From positions 13,619 to 77,618 of the forward strand of contig CAWFEL010000003.1 in NCBI GenBank assembly GCA_963814855.1: a DNA stretch of 64,000 nt, read 5' to 3'. Every line of letters begins with the position of its first letter. The first letter of the stretch is position 1. Below, in pieces: positions 8,634 to 16,584 of this stretch. Under the pieces are notes generated by a model. That model was not told where the DNA came from. It was given only the letters and a program-made list of their open reading frames with translations, and made no database searches. The position numbers were made by a program, and so were the translations under genes. The stretch comes from an uncultured Acidobacteriota bacterium (GTDB taxonomy: Bacteria > Acidobacteriota > Terriglobia > Acidiferrales > UBA7541).

Positions 8634-9491
8634 TCAGCGCGTGCGGGCGCCGATGCGGCGGTATTCGGTGCCGTGGCGGAAGAGGCCGGCCTTGGGCATT
8701 TCCTCGGAGTAGACCACGCGCGCGGGCAGGAAAATATTCGCGGCGTCGGGCGAGTAGGGAACGGCTACGTCAATCGCGGCGTCGGCGGCGTAGCGGCGCT
8801 TGCTGCGGAAGCACATGCCGACCGGAGAAATATCCTCGCAGACGGCGAGTTCATCGTCCGCGCCCGCCTGGCGGATGCACGCGGTGAGGCGCGTCTTCAG
8901 GCGAATGCGCTGGCGGTCGCGCTGCTCGCCGGACGCGGGCGCTCCCGGCGGATCGGTCGCGCGGCGCCGGCGCGGCGCCAGCTTGTCCTCGTCTTCGTGC
9001 GGCGCTTGCGTCCAGATGCTGGGCACGCCGCAGGTCTTGCAATGGCGCGCGATTCCGCGGTTGGTTTCAAACCCGCGAAGCTCCAGCTCGTTGAGGTGGG
9101 CCACTTCGCGGCTGCGGCAGTAGCTGCATTCCAGCAGCATGCGCGCGACGGCCTCGGTGGATTCGGCAATCGCCGGGAATTCCACTCCCCACAAATCCAT
9201 GGACGGGTCCGGCATCTCGATACCGTAGAGGAAGCCGTCCTTTTGCCGGCCGAATTCGCCGACCACGCGCACCTGTCCCTTGCGGTGCGATTCGTGCGGG
9301 GCCCTGCGCTGCAGGTGGACGAACTGCTCGGGCGCGAGTTCCTGGTCGAGGATAATCACGGCGCCGCCGCGATTGATCAGCAGCGTGCGAGCGGGCGCTT
9401 TGAATTCCTGGCCCTGGCGGTTCGAGCCGGAAGCTTCCAGCAACAGAGTCAGCGAGACGCGATCGGTGCGGCGCAGCGACGCCGATGCCAT
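8634..9491 (-). CDS. Tandem PilZ-domain protein with a central 4-Cys zinc-ribbon-like insert (putative c-di-GMP receptor)
   Basis: The N-terminal part has RRTDR ... INRGGA. The C-terminal part has RQRIR ... EDISPVGMCF (RxxxR and DxSxxG PilZ signatures). CSYC and CKTC pairs lie about 25 residues apart between them. A strong RBS, GAGGAGG, precedes ATG 9491. Confidence 0.65.
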   Translation of the reverse strand: MASASLRRTDRVSLTLLLEASGSNRQGQEFKAPARTLLINRGGAVIILDQELAPEQFVHLQRRAPHESHRKGQVRVVGEFGRQKDGFLYGIEMPDPSMDLWGVEFPAIAESTEAVARMLLECSYCRSREVAHLNELELRGFETNRGIARHCKTCGVPSIWTQAPHEDEDKLAPRRRRATDPPGAPASGEQRDRQRIRLKTRLTACIRQAGADDELAVCEDISPVGMCFRSKRRYAADAAIDVAVPYSPDAANIFLPARVVYSEEMPKAGLFRHGTEYRRIGARTR

Positions 9492-9580
9492 TCGGCCCTC
9501 CTCAGGAGAACAGACCCCACTGTTGACAAGATAACATACCGGTTGGCGAAGACGGACATGGCCGAAATGCTACGCGGGCC

Positions 9581-10687
9581 TCACGCGGGATTCGGGCGAT
9601 ACAGCCACTCGGGCTCCGGCTTGGCGGCTTCGGGCGCGGCGGCGTTCACGTCGCGGAGAATCGCGTCCACGATGCCGCGCTGCGGCGAAAGCGTGCAGAC
9701 CGGATCGGTCGCCGCGGCGTCCTGCGCCAGCAGGAAAGCCTGGCAGCGGCAGCCGCCGAAATCCTGCTCGCGGCGATCGCAGGTGCGGCAAAGATCGGGC
9801 ATCCAGTCCACGCCGCGGAATTTCTGGAACGCAGCGGATTCTTCCCAGATCTGCCGGAGCGATCGCTGCTCCACGTTTTCAAACGTCATTCCCGGCAGCA
9901 CGTTCGCGGCGTGGCACGGCAGCACGTCGCCATCCGGCTTCACGAGAATTACTTTGCGTCCCCAGCCGCCCATGCAGGGCTTCGGATACTTCGCGTAATA
10001 ATCCGGGACGACGTATTCGACTTTGATGCGGCCGCGCAGGCGCTCTTCGGCGCTCTTGATGATTTCGAGCGAGCGGTCGAGTTGCTCGCGCGTGGGCAGC
10101 AGGCGTTCGCGATTCGCAAACGCCCAGCCGTAATACTGGACGTGCGCGAACTCCACGCGCCCCGCGCCGATTTTTTCTGTGAGCGCGATCATGTCTTCGA
10201 GCTGATGCAGATTCTGGCGATGAATCACGAAATTGAGCGTGAGCGCGATGCGGTGGCGCTTCACCCATTCGGCCACGCGCAGCTTTTGGGCGTGGGTTCG
10301 CGTGCCGGAAAATTCGCGCGCGGCTTCCTCTTCGGCGCCCTGAAAGCTCAGCTGGAAATGGTCGAGTCCGGCGGCGACGAGTTCGTCGAGGCGCTTTTCG
10401 TCGAGCGGCAGACCCGACGTGATCATGCTGGCGTAGAGGCCGGCGGCGCGCGCGGCGCGGATGATCTCGGTGAGGTCGGGGCGCGCGAGCGGCTCGCCTC
10501 CGGTGAAGTCGGCCTGCAGGACGCCAAGTTCGGCGGCTTCGCGCAGCACGCGCGCCCAGGAGGCGGTGGAAAGCTCGCGCGTTCGCGCGGACAGTTCCAG
10601 AGGATTCGAGCAATAGACGCAGTGCAGCGGGCACCGGTGAGTCAGCTCGGCGACGAGAGCGAGCGGATTGGAGATTGGAGTGGACAT
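9581..10687 (-). CDS. pqqE: PqqE, radical-SAM/SPASM PQQ biosynthesis enzyme
   Basis: MSTPISNPLALVAELTHRCPLHCVYCSNP (CxxxCxxC). The C-terminal Cys-rich SPASM region is present (CHAANVLPG..CRTCDRREQDFGGCRCQAF). It is the last gene of the pqq operon. Confidence 0.92.
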   Translation of the reverse strand: MSTPISNPLALVAELTHRCPLHCVYCSNPLELSARTRELSTASWARVLREAAELGVLQADFTGGEPLARPDLTEIIRAARAAGLYASMITSGLPLDEKRLDELVAAGLDHFQLSFQGAEEEAAREFSGTRTHAQKLRVAEWVKRHRIALTLNFVIHRQNLHQLEDMIALTEKIGAGRVEFAHVQYYGWAFANRERLLPTREQLDRSLEIIKSAEERLRGRIKVEYVVPDYYAKYPKPCMGGWGRKVILVKPDGDVLPCHAANVLPGMTFENVEQRSLRQIWEESAAFQKFRGVDWMPDLCRTCDRREQDFGGCRCQAFLLAQDAAATDPVCTLSPQRGIVDAILRDVNAAAPEAAKPEPEWLYRPNPA

Positions 10688-10756
10688 CGAGATGCGACTT
10701 CAATCTATTAGATGCAAATGAGCGCTAATGGCGAATCAACGCCAAGCACTCTGCGC

Positions 10757-11035
10757 CTATTCGAAATCCAGGGCGCGCTGTTCCTGGAGGCGCTCAAGAT
10801 AGCCGAGGATATCCTGCTCGACCTTTTGCGGCTCCGCTTTCGAATACAGTTTCTGCAAGTCGGCGACGATTTGCTGGACGGTGTGGTTTCCGTCGCAGCG
10901 CTCGACAATTTCGAGACTCGGCCCGTTGAGCCGCAGCGCGCGTTCGGGCATCAGCAGCACGCGCGACGGCTGCGACTTTTCATTCAGGCGGCAACCCGGC
11001 GCGAGGCGCGGGCGCTTGGTGAGCTCGGGCGTCAC
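10757..11035 (-). CDS. pqqD: PqqD, PqqA-binding chaperone
   Basis: This is the C-terminal 92 codons of track ORF 10757..11485: VTPELTKRPRLAPGCRLNEKSQPSRVLLMPERALRLNGPSLEIVERCDGNHTVQQIVADLQKLY. GTG 11035 overlaps the pqqC stop (GTGA). Confidence 0.85.
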   Translation of the reverse strand: MTPELTKRPRLAPGCRLNEKSQPSRVLLMPERALRLNGPSLEIVERCDGNHTVQQIVADLQKLYSKAEPQKVEQDILGYLERLQEQRALDFE

Positions 11036-11784
11036 GCGGATTCCTTCGCGGGCCGAAACGCGCCCGGCGGCGGCCAGCCGGGGACGACGTATGCGAAATA
11101 GAGCGCGTCGAGCATGGCCCATAAAATATCGCACTTGGCGCGCAGCGCGCCGAGCGCCAGTTCCTGCTCCTCGCGATTCCGCGCATGCTTCACCACCCAG
11201 GCGAGCGCGAAATTCGCGTCGTCGGGCGCCTGCGTCATGCGGCCTTGAAAATATTCGAGGCCGCTCGAAAGCCACGGATAATGCTCGCGCAAGCGGTCCA
11301 CGCGCAGGGTGATGAGATCTTTCGAGAAAAGTTCGGTGAGCGAAGAGGCGACAGCTTCCAGATGCGTGCGCGTGCTGACGAAATCCACGTAGGCACCGAC
11401 CGCATATTTTGTGGCGGGCAAAATTCCATCGCCGCGAATGGCCTGCTCGCGCGAAAGCCCCGTGGCTTCGACAAGTTTCAGCCACTTCTCGATTCCGCCG
11501 GGGCGGGTGCCGTCGCCATCGTGGTCAATGATGCGTTTGCGCCAGGCGAGACGGAACGCGGGATCGTGCGTGCGCGCGAGAATCGCGGCGTCCTTGATGG
11601 GAATGCTGCTTTGATACGTGTAGCGATTCAGCGCCCAGGCTTGCAGCTGGCCGCGCGTGAGCTTTCCTTCGTGCATGAGCAAATGAAACGGATGCTGATG
11701 GTGATAACGTTCCTTGCCGATGGCGTGAAATCGCGCAACGAACTCGGCCTCGGGCAGCATCGCAGTGGATTTGTCGTCGCTCAC
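11032..11784 (-). CDS. pqqC: PqqC, pyrroloquinoline-quinone synthase
   Basis: 250 aa. FVARFHAIGKERYHHQHPFHLLMHEGKLTRGQLQAWALNRYTYQ is a typical PqqC N-terminus. There is an ATGA overlap with pqqB. Confidence 0.92.
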   Translation of the reverse strand: MSDDKSTAMLPEAEFVARFHAIGKERYHHQHPFHLLMHEGKLTRGQLQAWALNRYTYQSSIPIKDAAILARTHDPAFRLAWRKRIIDHDGDGTRPGGIEKWLKLVEATGLSREQAIRGDGILPATKYAVGAYVDFVSTRTHLEAVASSLTELFSKDLITLRVDRLREHYPWLSSGLEYFQGRMTQAPDDANFALAWVVKHARNREEQELALGALRAKCDILWAMLDALYFAYVVPGWPPPGAFRPAKESA

Positions 11785-12707
11785 AATTCGAACTCCATTC
11801 CATCATAAGCGACTTCCCATCCGGCGTCGCGCACGGCCCGATTCGCCGCGCCGGTTTCATCGAGCACAGGATTGGTGTTGTTGAGATGGATCAGAACGCG
11901 GCGGCCTTTTCCGGCAGGCGGAAATTGTTCGAGCATTCCATTTGGTCCGGAGAGAGGCACGTGGCCGATTTCGCGAGCGGTCTTGCCGCCGCCGCGGACG
12001 TCAATCAGCTCGTTGTCGGTCCAGAATGTGCCGTCGAGCAGGGCGAGATCGCTTTCCTTCGCGTGGCATTTCCACTGATCGTTGTGGCCTGAGAGGCTGG
12101 GAGCGTAGAAGAATTTCTTGTCGTCCTGCAGGAATTCGAGACCGATCACGGCTTCTTCTTTCGCGAGGTTTTTTCGGAGACCGGCGCTGACGTAATCCGG
12201 ATAGTCGCCGCCGAGCGGCACGGCTTTGCAGGTGAGAGTTGATTTCGCACCGCCGCCCTGACAAATCGCGACGGGGCGATCGAGCGGAAGGGCTTCCCAT
12301 TGGACGGGAGGAACGGATCGCTCGAGGCTGCGGAAGAGAGAGTTTTCTTCCGTGAGCACGCGAAGCACGGACGGCGTCGCATAGATTTTCAAGGGCTGGA
12401 ACTCGCGCAGATGAAGGAGACCCATCACGCCATCCACGTCTGCGCTCATCAGGATGACGGCGGAGATTGGCGTGCCACGCGAGCCTTCGGCTGGAGCGAA
12501 TTCAGGGTCTTGCAGTAGCTGCTGCCGCAGGTCCGGCGAGGCGTTGAGCAGAAACCACGTGGCGGGTGCCGGGGAAACGGCGACCTGGGCCTGGGTTCTA
12601 GGCTTAAAACTAAAAAGTCCCCGGCGAGCGCGATGGCAGTTCGAGCATCCGCAATTCCATTGCGGAAACCCACCGCCCGCGGCTGAGCCGAGGACCTTTA
12701 TTCGCAT
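11781..12707 (-). CDS. pqqB: PqqB, metallo-beta-lactamase-fold PQQ biosynthesis protein
   Basis: MRIKVLGSAAGGGFPQWNCGCSNCHRARRG. 308 aa. Confidence 0.92.
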   Translation of the reverse strand: MRIKVLGSAAGGGFPQWNCGCSNCHRARRGLFSFKPRTQAQVAVSPAPATWFLLNASPDLRQQLLQDPEFAPAEGSRGTPISAVILMSADVDGVMGLLHLREFQPLKIYATPSVLRVLTEENSLFRSLERSVPPVQWEALPLDRPVAICQGGGAKSTLTCKAVPLGGDYPDYVSAGLRKNLAKEEAVIGLEFLQDDKKFFYAPSLSGHNDQWKCHAKESDLALLDGTFWTDNELIDVRGGGKTAREIGHVPLSGPNGMLEQFPPAGKGRRVLIHLNNTNPVLDETGAANRAVRDAGWEVAYDGMEFEL

Positions 12708-12714
12708 TCAAGAA

Positions 12715-12792
12715 CTAGAGTTCAGCGTTTGCGTACGAGCTGACTTCGCAGTTCAGGTCAATTACTTCGTGCTGAGGTGTGGTCCATTCCAT
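12715..12792 (-). CDS. pqqA: PqqA precursor peptide (25 aa), not in the ORF track
   Basis: The reverse complement reads AGGAGGaacgacc ATG GAA TGG ACC ACA CCT CAG CAC GAA GTA ATT GAC CTG AAC TGC GAA GTC AGC TCG TAC GCA AAC GCT GAA CTC TAG, which is MEWTTPQHEVIDLNCEVSSYANAEL. It contains the conserved W-x-x-P and the E-x-x-x-Y (EVSSY) cross-link motif. It sits 7 nt upstream of pqqB. Confidence 0.88.
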   Translation of the reverse strand: MEWTTPQHEVIDLNCEVSSYANAEL

Positions 12793-12853
12793 GGTCGTTC
12801 CTCCTGAATTAGAGCCAAAACCCTCGCGCCGAAGACACCTGCGCGATACGCCC

Positions 12854-12883
12854 ATTATAGCGCAACGGCCTAACCCCGGGCAA
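12854..12883 (-). promoter_or_regulatory. Candidate sigma70-type promoter of pqqABCDE
   Basis: The - strand reads TTGCCC (12883-12878), an 18-nt spacer, then TATAAT (12859-12854), about 60 nt upstream of the pqqA ATG. Confidence 0.45.
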
Positions 12884-12991
12884 CTCCCATTTTGGGACCC
12901 CTGAGGCTAAGAAGTAGCGCCACATGAATAGACGCCTGCGGGGCCGATCCGGTTGCCAGTATCTTCCCAGGGCGAGCAGACGGTCGGGAGG

Positions 12992-14653
12992 CTAGTGAGC
13001 TGCGATGAGATCCGGGGCCGGATACTCAGGCAATTTGGCGTTCTTGGCGTCGGTGCGCTTCACTTCCAGATCGTCGAACAGAATGGAGGGGGCGATGATT
13101 GTGGTGGGGACGGAACCCTCGCGATTACCAACGAGCGGGTCGTTACCGGCGGCGACGAGATCGTTGCGCAGCGCGCGACTGTCGAGTTCGTCAAAGACTC
13201 CGCCGCGCACAAGTTCCTGGTGGCCGTCCTTTTCGTATACGCGGTAGAGGAGGCGCGGCTCATAGTCGTTTCCACCGAGCGTTTCCACGAAGTAGCCGAA
13301 CGGCTTGTTATCCTGGCGGCAAATGTCTATGAGCTTTTGCTTCAATTGCTCCGGCGAGAGAGGCTGCTTCGACTGCACGATCAGATTGCCGATATTGGGC
13401 GCAGAAGACTGGCCGGGCGCGGCGCGGCCGTGGCCATTCGATTCCGGAAAATCGCGAATGGGCTCGCGACCGAGCAGGTAGTTCACGAGGAGACCGTCCT
13501 CGACGACGGGAACTTTCACGGCGCGGACTCCTTCGTCGTCCGCGTCGTAGCTGCCGATCAGCGTCTTGCCCGCGAAAGTTTTCAGCGTGGGGTCATCCAC
13601 CACGGAAAGAAAAACCGGGAGCACGCGACTCTTATAATTCGAGGCGTAGTCTCCGGTGGTCCGAGCGGATTCTCCGGGGCGCGGGCGCTTGCCGAGAACA
13701 TTGCCTCCGACCATGCCGTTGAAAACATCGCCGGCGGCATCCGCAGAGAATAGAACTGGGCCGCGATAGTCTTCGTCCACGACAGGCGCATCGCGCAGGG
13801 CCTTCAACGTGTCAATCATTTTGGCCATACTCGCCTGAAACTCTTCGGGCGTCGGCAATTCCTTGACGGTTGCGGCGGTGAAATAGGGCGAGCGTTCGAG
13901 ACGCATGCCGTCCGCGGCCTGCGTGTAGCCGTCACCGTTCAGCAGATAGACGACGTAACCATTCCGCGTGACCGTTCCTTCGCTATTGACGAAATACTGG
14001 TTCACGGCGCGAAACCGGGCCGAGGCTGAGAGCGATTCGAGTTTCAAATCGCCGCGGAAAAGATCGGTGGATTTTTCGAGCGCATCGCGCCACGGCTTGG
14101 GATCGAAATCCAGTTTCACAAGCGGCTGGACGGATTCGACAACGGGCGCGTGCGCGAAATCGTCGAAGGGCTGGTCGGAGGTGTACTGGCGAAGCGCCGC
14201 GCGCTTCATGGCCAACGCTTCGTTGGCGGCTTTGTATGCCGAATCGGTTGCGGTCCAAAGCTGCCAGCGCAACGTCTTCGCGTCATTGTCAATCGGGCCG
14301 AGCGTGGTGACGCCGACTCCAGGCCCGATGTAGCTATCCTGCTTGTAGTCGCCCACGCGGACGACCACGCGCACGAGGCGCGTGTGAACGCGCTGTTCTT
14401 CGCGAAGCGCGCCGAACGCGGCCTCCGCGCTGTACTGCTCGACGTCCGAGAGGCGGTACTCGATGTAGTACGGCGCGGGCACATTATCCATCTTCAGTTT
14501 CGATTTCGAGCGATCAAGCTCTTCGCGCATGGCCTGCAGGATGGGATCGGAGGACGCGGCATCCGACGGGGAGGCTTGCTGTGCGCGAGTCGTGAACGGA
14601 GAGAGAATCAAAAGAAGGACGAACGCAGCGACCAATGGCCGGAACCGCGCCAA
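12992..14653 (-). CDS. Exported TldE/PmbA-like protein (no HExxH; partner of the upstream TldD-like protein)
   Basis: TldD/PmbA-family sequence without the metal motif. The preferred start is TTG 14653, giving the signal-like LARFRPLVAAFVLLLILSPFTTRAQQ. Track ORF 12992..14779 would read through the 20-nt palindrome. An alternative ATG lies at 14725. Confidence 0.7.
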   Translation of the reverse strand: MARFRPLVAAFVLLLILSPFTTRAQQASPSDAASSDPILQAMREELDRSKSKLKMDNVPAPYYIEYRLSDVEQYSAEAAFGALREEQRVHTRLVRVVVRVGDYKQDSYIGPGVGVTTLGPIDNDAKTLRWQLWTATDSAYKAANEALAMKRAALRQYTSDQPFDDFAHAPVVESVQPLVKLDFDPKPWRDALEKSTDLFRGDLKLESLSASARFRAVNQYFVNSEGTVTRNGYVVYLLNGDGYTQAADGMRLERSPYFTAATVKELPTPEEFQASMAKMIDTLKALRDAPVVDEDYRGPVLFSADAAGDVFNGMVGGNVLGKRPRPGESARTTGDYASNYKSRVLPVFLSVVDDPTLKTFAGKTLIGSYDADDEGVRAVKVPVVEDGLLVNYLLGREPIRDFPESNGHGRAAPGQSSAPNIGNLIVQSKQPLSPEQLKQKLIDICRQDNKPFGYFVETLGGNDYEPRLLYRVYEKDGHQELVRGGVFDELDSRALRNDLVAAGNDPLVGNREGSVPTTIIAPSILFDDLEVKRTDAKNAKLPEYPAPDLIAAH

Positions 14654-14664
14654 GTAATTTTGCC

Positions 14665-14684
14665 GGGCACGGCATGCCGTGCCC
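14665..14684. repeat. Perfect 20-nt palindrome GGGCACGGCATGCCGTGCCC
   Basis: Self-complementary by inspection. It lies in the 120-nt spacer between the two TldD/PmbA-like genes. In the transcribed (-) sense it is preceded, not followed, by a T-rich tract. Confidence 0.9.
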
Positions 14685-14775
14685 CTACGAAGAAAAAAGC
14701 AAAAGCGCCCGCGGTCTGGCCGCATAGCGTCGGGAGACAATACACGTGATAGGCGGCCGCTGCGAAGGCGAAGGC

Positions 14776-16494
14776 TCATGGATTTTTCTCCGGGGTGGGC
14801 GGCGCTGCGTTTTCAAATCCGGGAGGCGGGAGTACGGGCGGACGTTGAGTGCCCTTGGCACGCTTCTGAACCTCAATTTCGGAAAAGAGCATGGCCGGAG
14901 CGGCGGCCGCTACCGGAATTTGCCCGGATTCGGCGCCGCAGATTCCGTTGAATACTTGAAGGGTGTCTCCGGTAAGGATGATGGTGTTGAGCGAAAGCAG
15001 CGGCGTGCCGACGATGTCCACGCCGCGCACGAGTTCATCGGGACGGCCGTCCGGATATACGCGCCAAACCATAACCGGGATGACTTGAAAAGCCTGCGGC
15101 AAGGCTCTCGTGGTCAGCGTGAAGCCGCCCTGAATATCCTCGAAGTAGAGGCCGTAGGGCTTTCCCTGCTTCTTAATCTCATCAATGAATCGCTGCCGCA
15201 ATTCGGAATCCTTCACCGTGTTGGTCGAAGTGACGATCAAATTCCCTTGTCGGCCGGTCGGCATCAATCCGGGTTGGCGGCGGCCGTGGCCATTGGAATG
15301 GTCGAAGCCGGTGATGGGCATGCGCGACATCAGAAAATTCCTGAGGATGCCTTTGTCCACGGCGTTCACACGCTGCGCCGGAACGCCTTCGTCGTCGTAA
15401 TCATAGGCGCCGGCCAGCTTCACACCGTTCAATTCCTTCAACGTCGGGTCGTCCACCACGGTCAAAAAGGTTGGTAGCACCTGCTGATTCACTTTCTTGG
15501 TGAACGTCTGGCCTTCTTTTTCGTCGCGCTGGCGGTGACCTTCGAGCCTGTGGCCGAGCACTTCGTGGAAGAACACGGCGGCAGCGCGGCCGGAAAGCAA
15601 AGCCGGACCGGCGTACGGTTCTGCGGCAGGCGCGGCGCGCAGCGCCTTCAAATCGGCCGCGATCTTATCCACCTTTGCCAGCAGCTCGGATTCCGACGGG
15701 AGCTGATCGGGCGACGGGGCCTGAAATGTTTCGACGCGGAGCAAATCCATTCCGTCATCGGCGCGCGTTTCTCCCTCGATCACAAGGCGAGCGGTCGCGG
15801 AGGATTGCTCGAGCGCCGCGCCTTCGCTGGTGGCGAAGTACGAACGGCTGGAGCCATCCTGCATCAGCGCGACCGACGAATACACCTCGGGATATTTCAG
15901 GAAGCCGGCCGAGACCCTGCGCATGCGATCTTCCCAAGACTTTACGTTCTGCGCGGCCCTCGGCAACGACGGCCCCATATAGGTCTGCGGCTTATCCTGC
16001 GAAAAATCAGGAGACTTGTCTTCCTCCGCGGATTGGACGGCTTGATTTGTTTTCACGCGCAGGAAGGCGGCGGAAGCTTGCTCGTATTCGCGGTCGGTGA
16101 GCAGCCAGAGGACACGCGCGATCGCGTCGGGATCGTCACGCAGCGCCAAGCTGCCGGAGGTGATCCCCGAAGGGCGGCTTGCACCATGGGTATTGTCGAG
16201 GGCCGAGGAGCCGACGCGCATCATCACGTCCGCCGTGCGGCGCTGAGAGGTCGTCGAAGCGACGATACCTCCGCCGGTAGCCGCAATGGTCGTGCCCTCT
16301 CCATCGGACACTGCGTAGGCCAGGTAGTAGGGAGCCGGATCGGATTTCGCGAGCGAGGTGGTGGCCCGCTGCAATTCGCGCTGCATGGTCTGGAGCAATA
16401 CGTCGGGCCGCGGAGGCGAAGAGAGCGCCGCCAACGGAATGCCGCACAGAAGCAGAAGAGTGCAAACGACGGAGCGAAAGTGAAATTGTTTCAT
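14776..16494 (-). CDS. Exported TldD-like zinc metallopeptidase
   Basis: Signal peptide MKQFHFRSVVCTLLLLCGIPLAALS. The HExxxH-type motif FFHEVLGHRLEGHRQRDE is typical of TldD. 572 aa. Confidence 0.8.
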   Translation of the reverse strand: MKQFHFRSVVCTLLLLCGIPLAALSSPPRPDVLLQTMQRELQRATTSLAKSDPAPYYLAYAVSDGEGTTIAATGGGIVASTTSQRRTADVMMRVGSSALDNTHGASRPSGITSGSLALRDDPDAIARVLWLLTDREYEQASAAFLRVKTNQAVQSAEEDKSPDFSQDKPQTYMGPSLPRAAQNVKSWEDRMRRVSAGFLKYPEVYSSVALMQDGSSRSYFATSEGAALEQSSATARLVIEGETRADDGMDLLRVETFQAPSPDQLPSESELLAKVDKIAADLKALRAAPAAEPYAGPALLSGRAAAVFFHEVLGHRLEGHRQRDEKEGQTFTKKVNQQVLPTFLTVVDDPTLKELNGVKLAGAYDYDDEGVPAQRVNAVDKGILRNFLMSRMPITGFDHSNGHGRRQPGLMPTGRQGNLIVTSTNTVKDSELRQRFIDEIKKQGKPYGLYFEDIQGGFTLTTRALPQAFQVIPVMVWRVYPDGRPDELVRGVDIVGTPLLSLNTIILTGDTLQVFNGICGAESGQIPVAAAAPAMLFSEIEVQKRAKGTQRPPVLPPPGFENAAPPTPEKNP

Positions 16495-16584
16495 CTGAAT
16501 TTTTATAATCTCTAGGAATTGTCAATCTAACATACATGCTCGACAGAGGGACCGCAAAACGGGCATCGTGTGCGCCAGCGTAAC

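Noticed and set aside
12992-16494. Idea that the TldD/TldE-like pair next to pqqA is the missing PqqA-processing protease (a PqqF/G substitute)
   Set aside because: Both proteins begin with export signal-like sequences, whereas PqqA maturation by PqqE/D/B/C is cytoplasmic. The pair is also separated from pqqA by a promoter-like region and about 200 nt. Adjacency alone is not sufficient evidence.
16502-16525. TTGACA and TATAAA hexamers upstream of the TldD-like gene (- strand)
   Set aside because: The spacer is only 12 nt, and the -10-like box ends 7 nt before the ATG. This does not fit a functional sigma70 promoter geometry. It may simply be AT-rich intergenic DNA.
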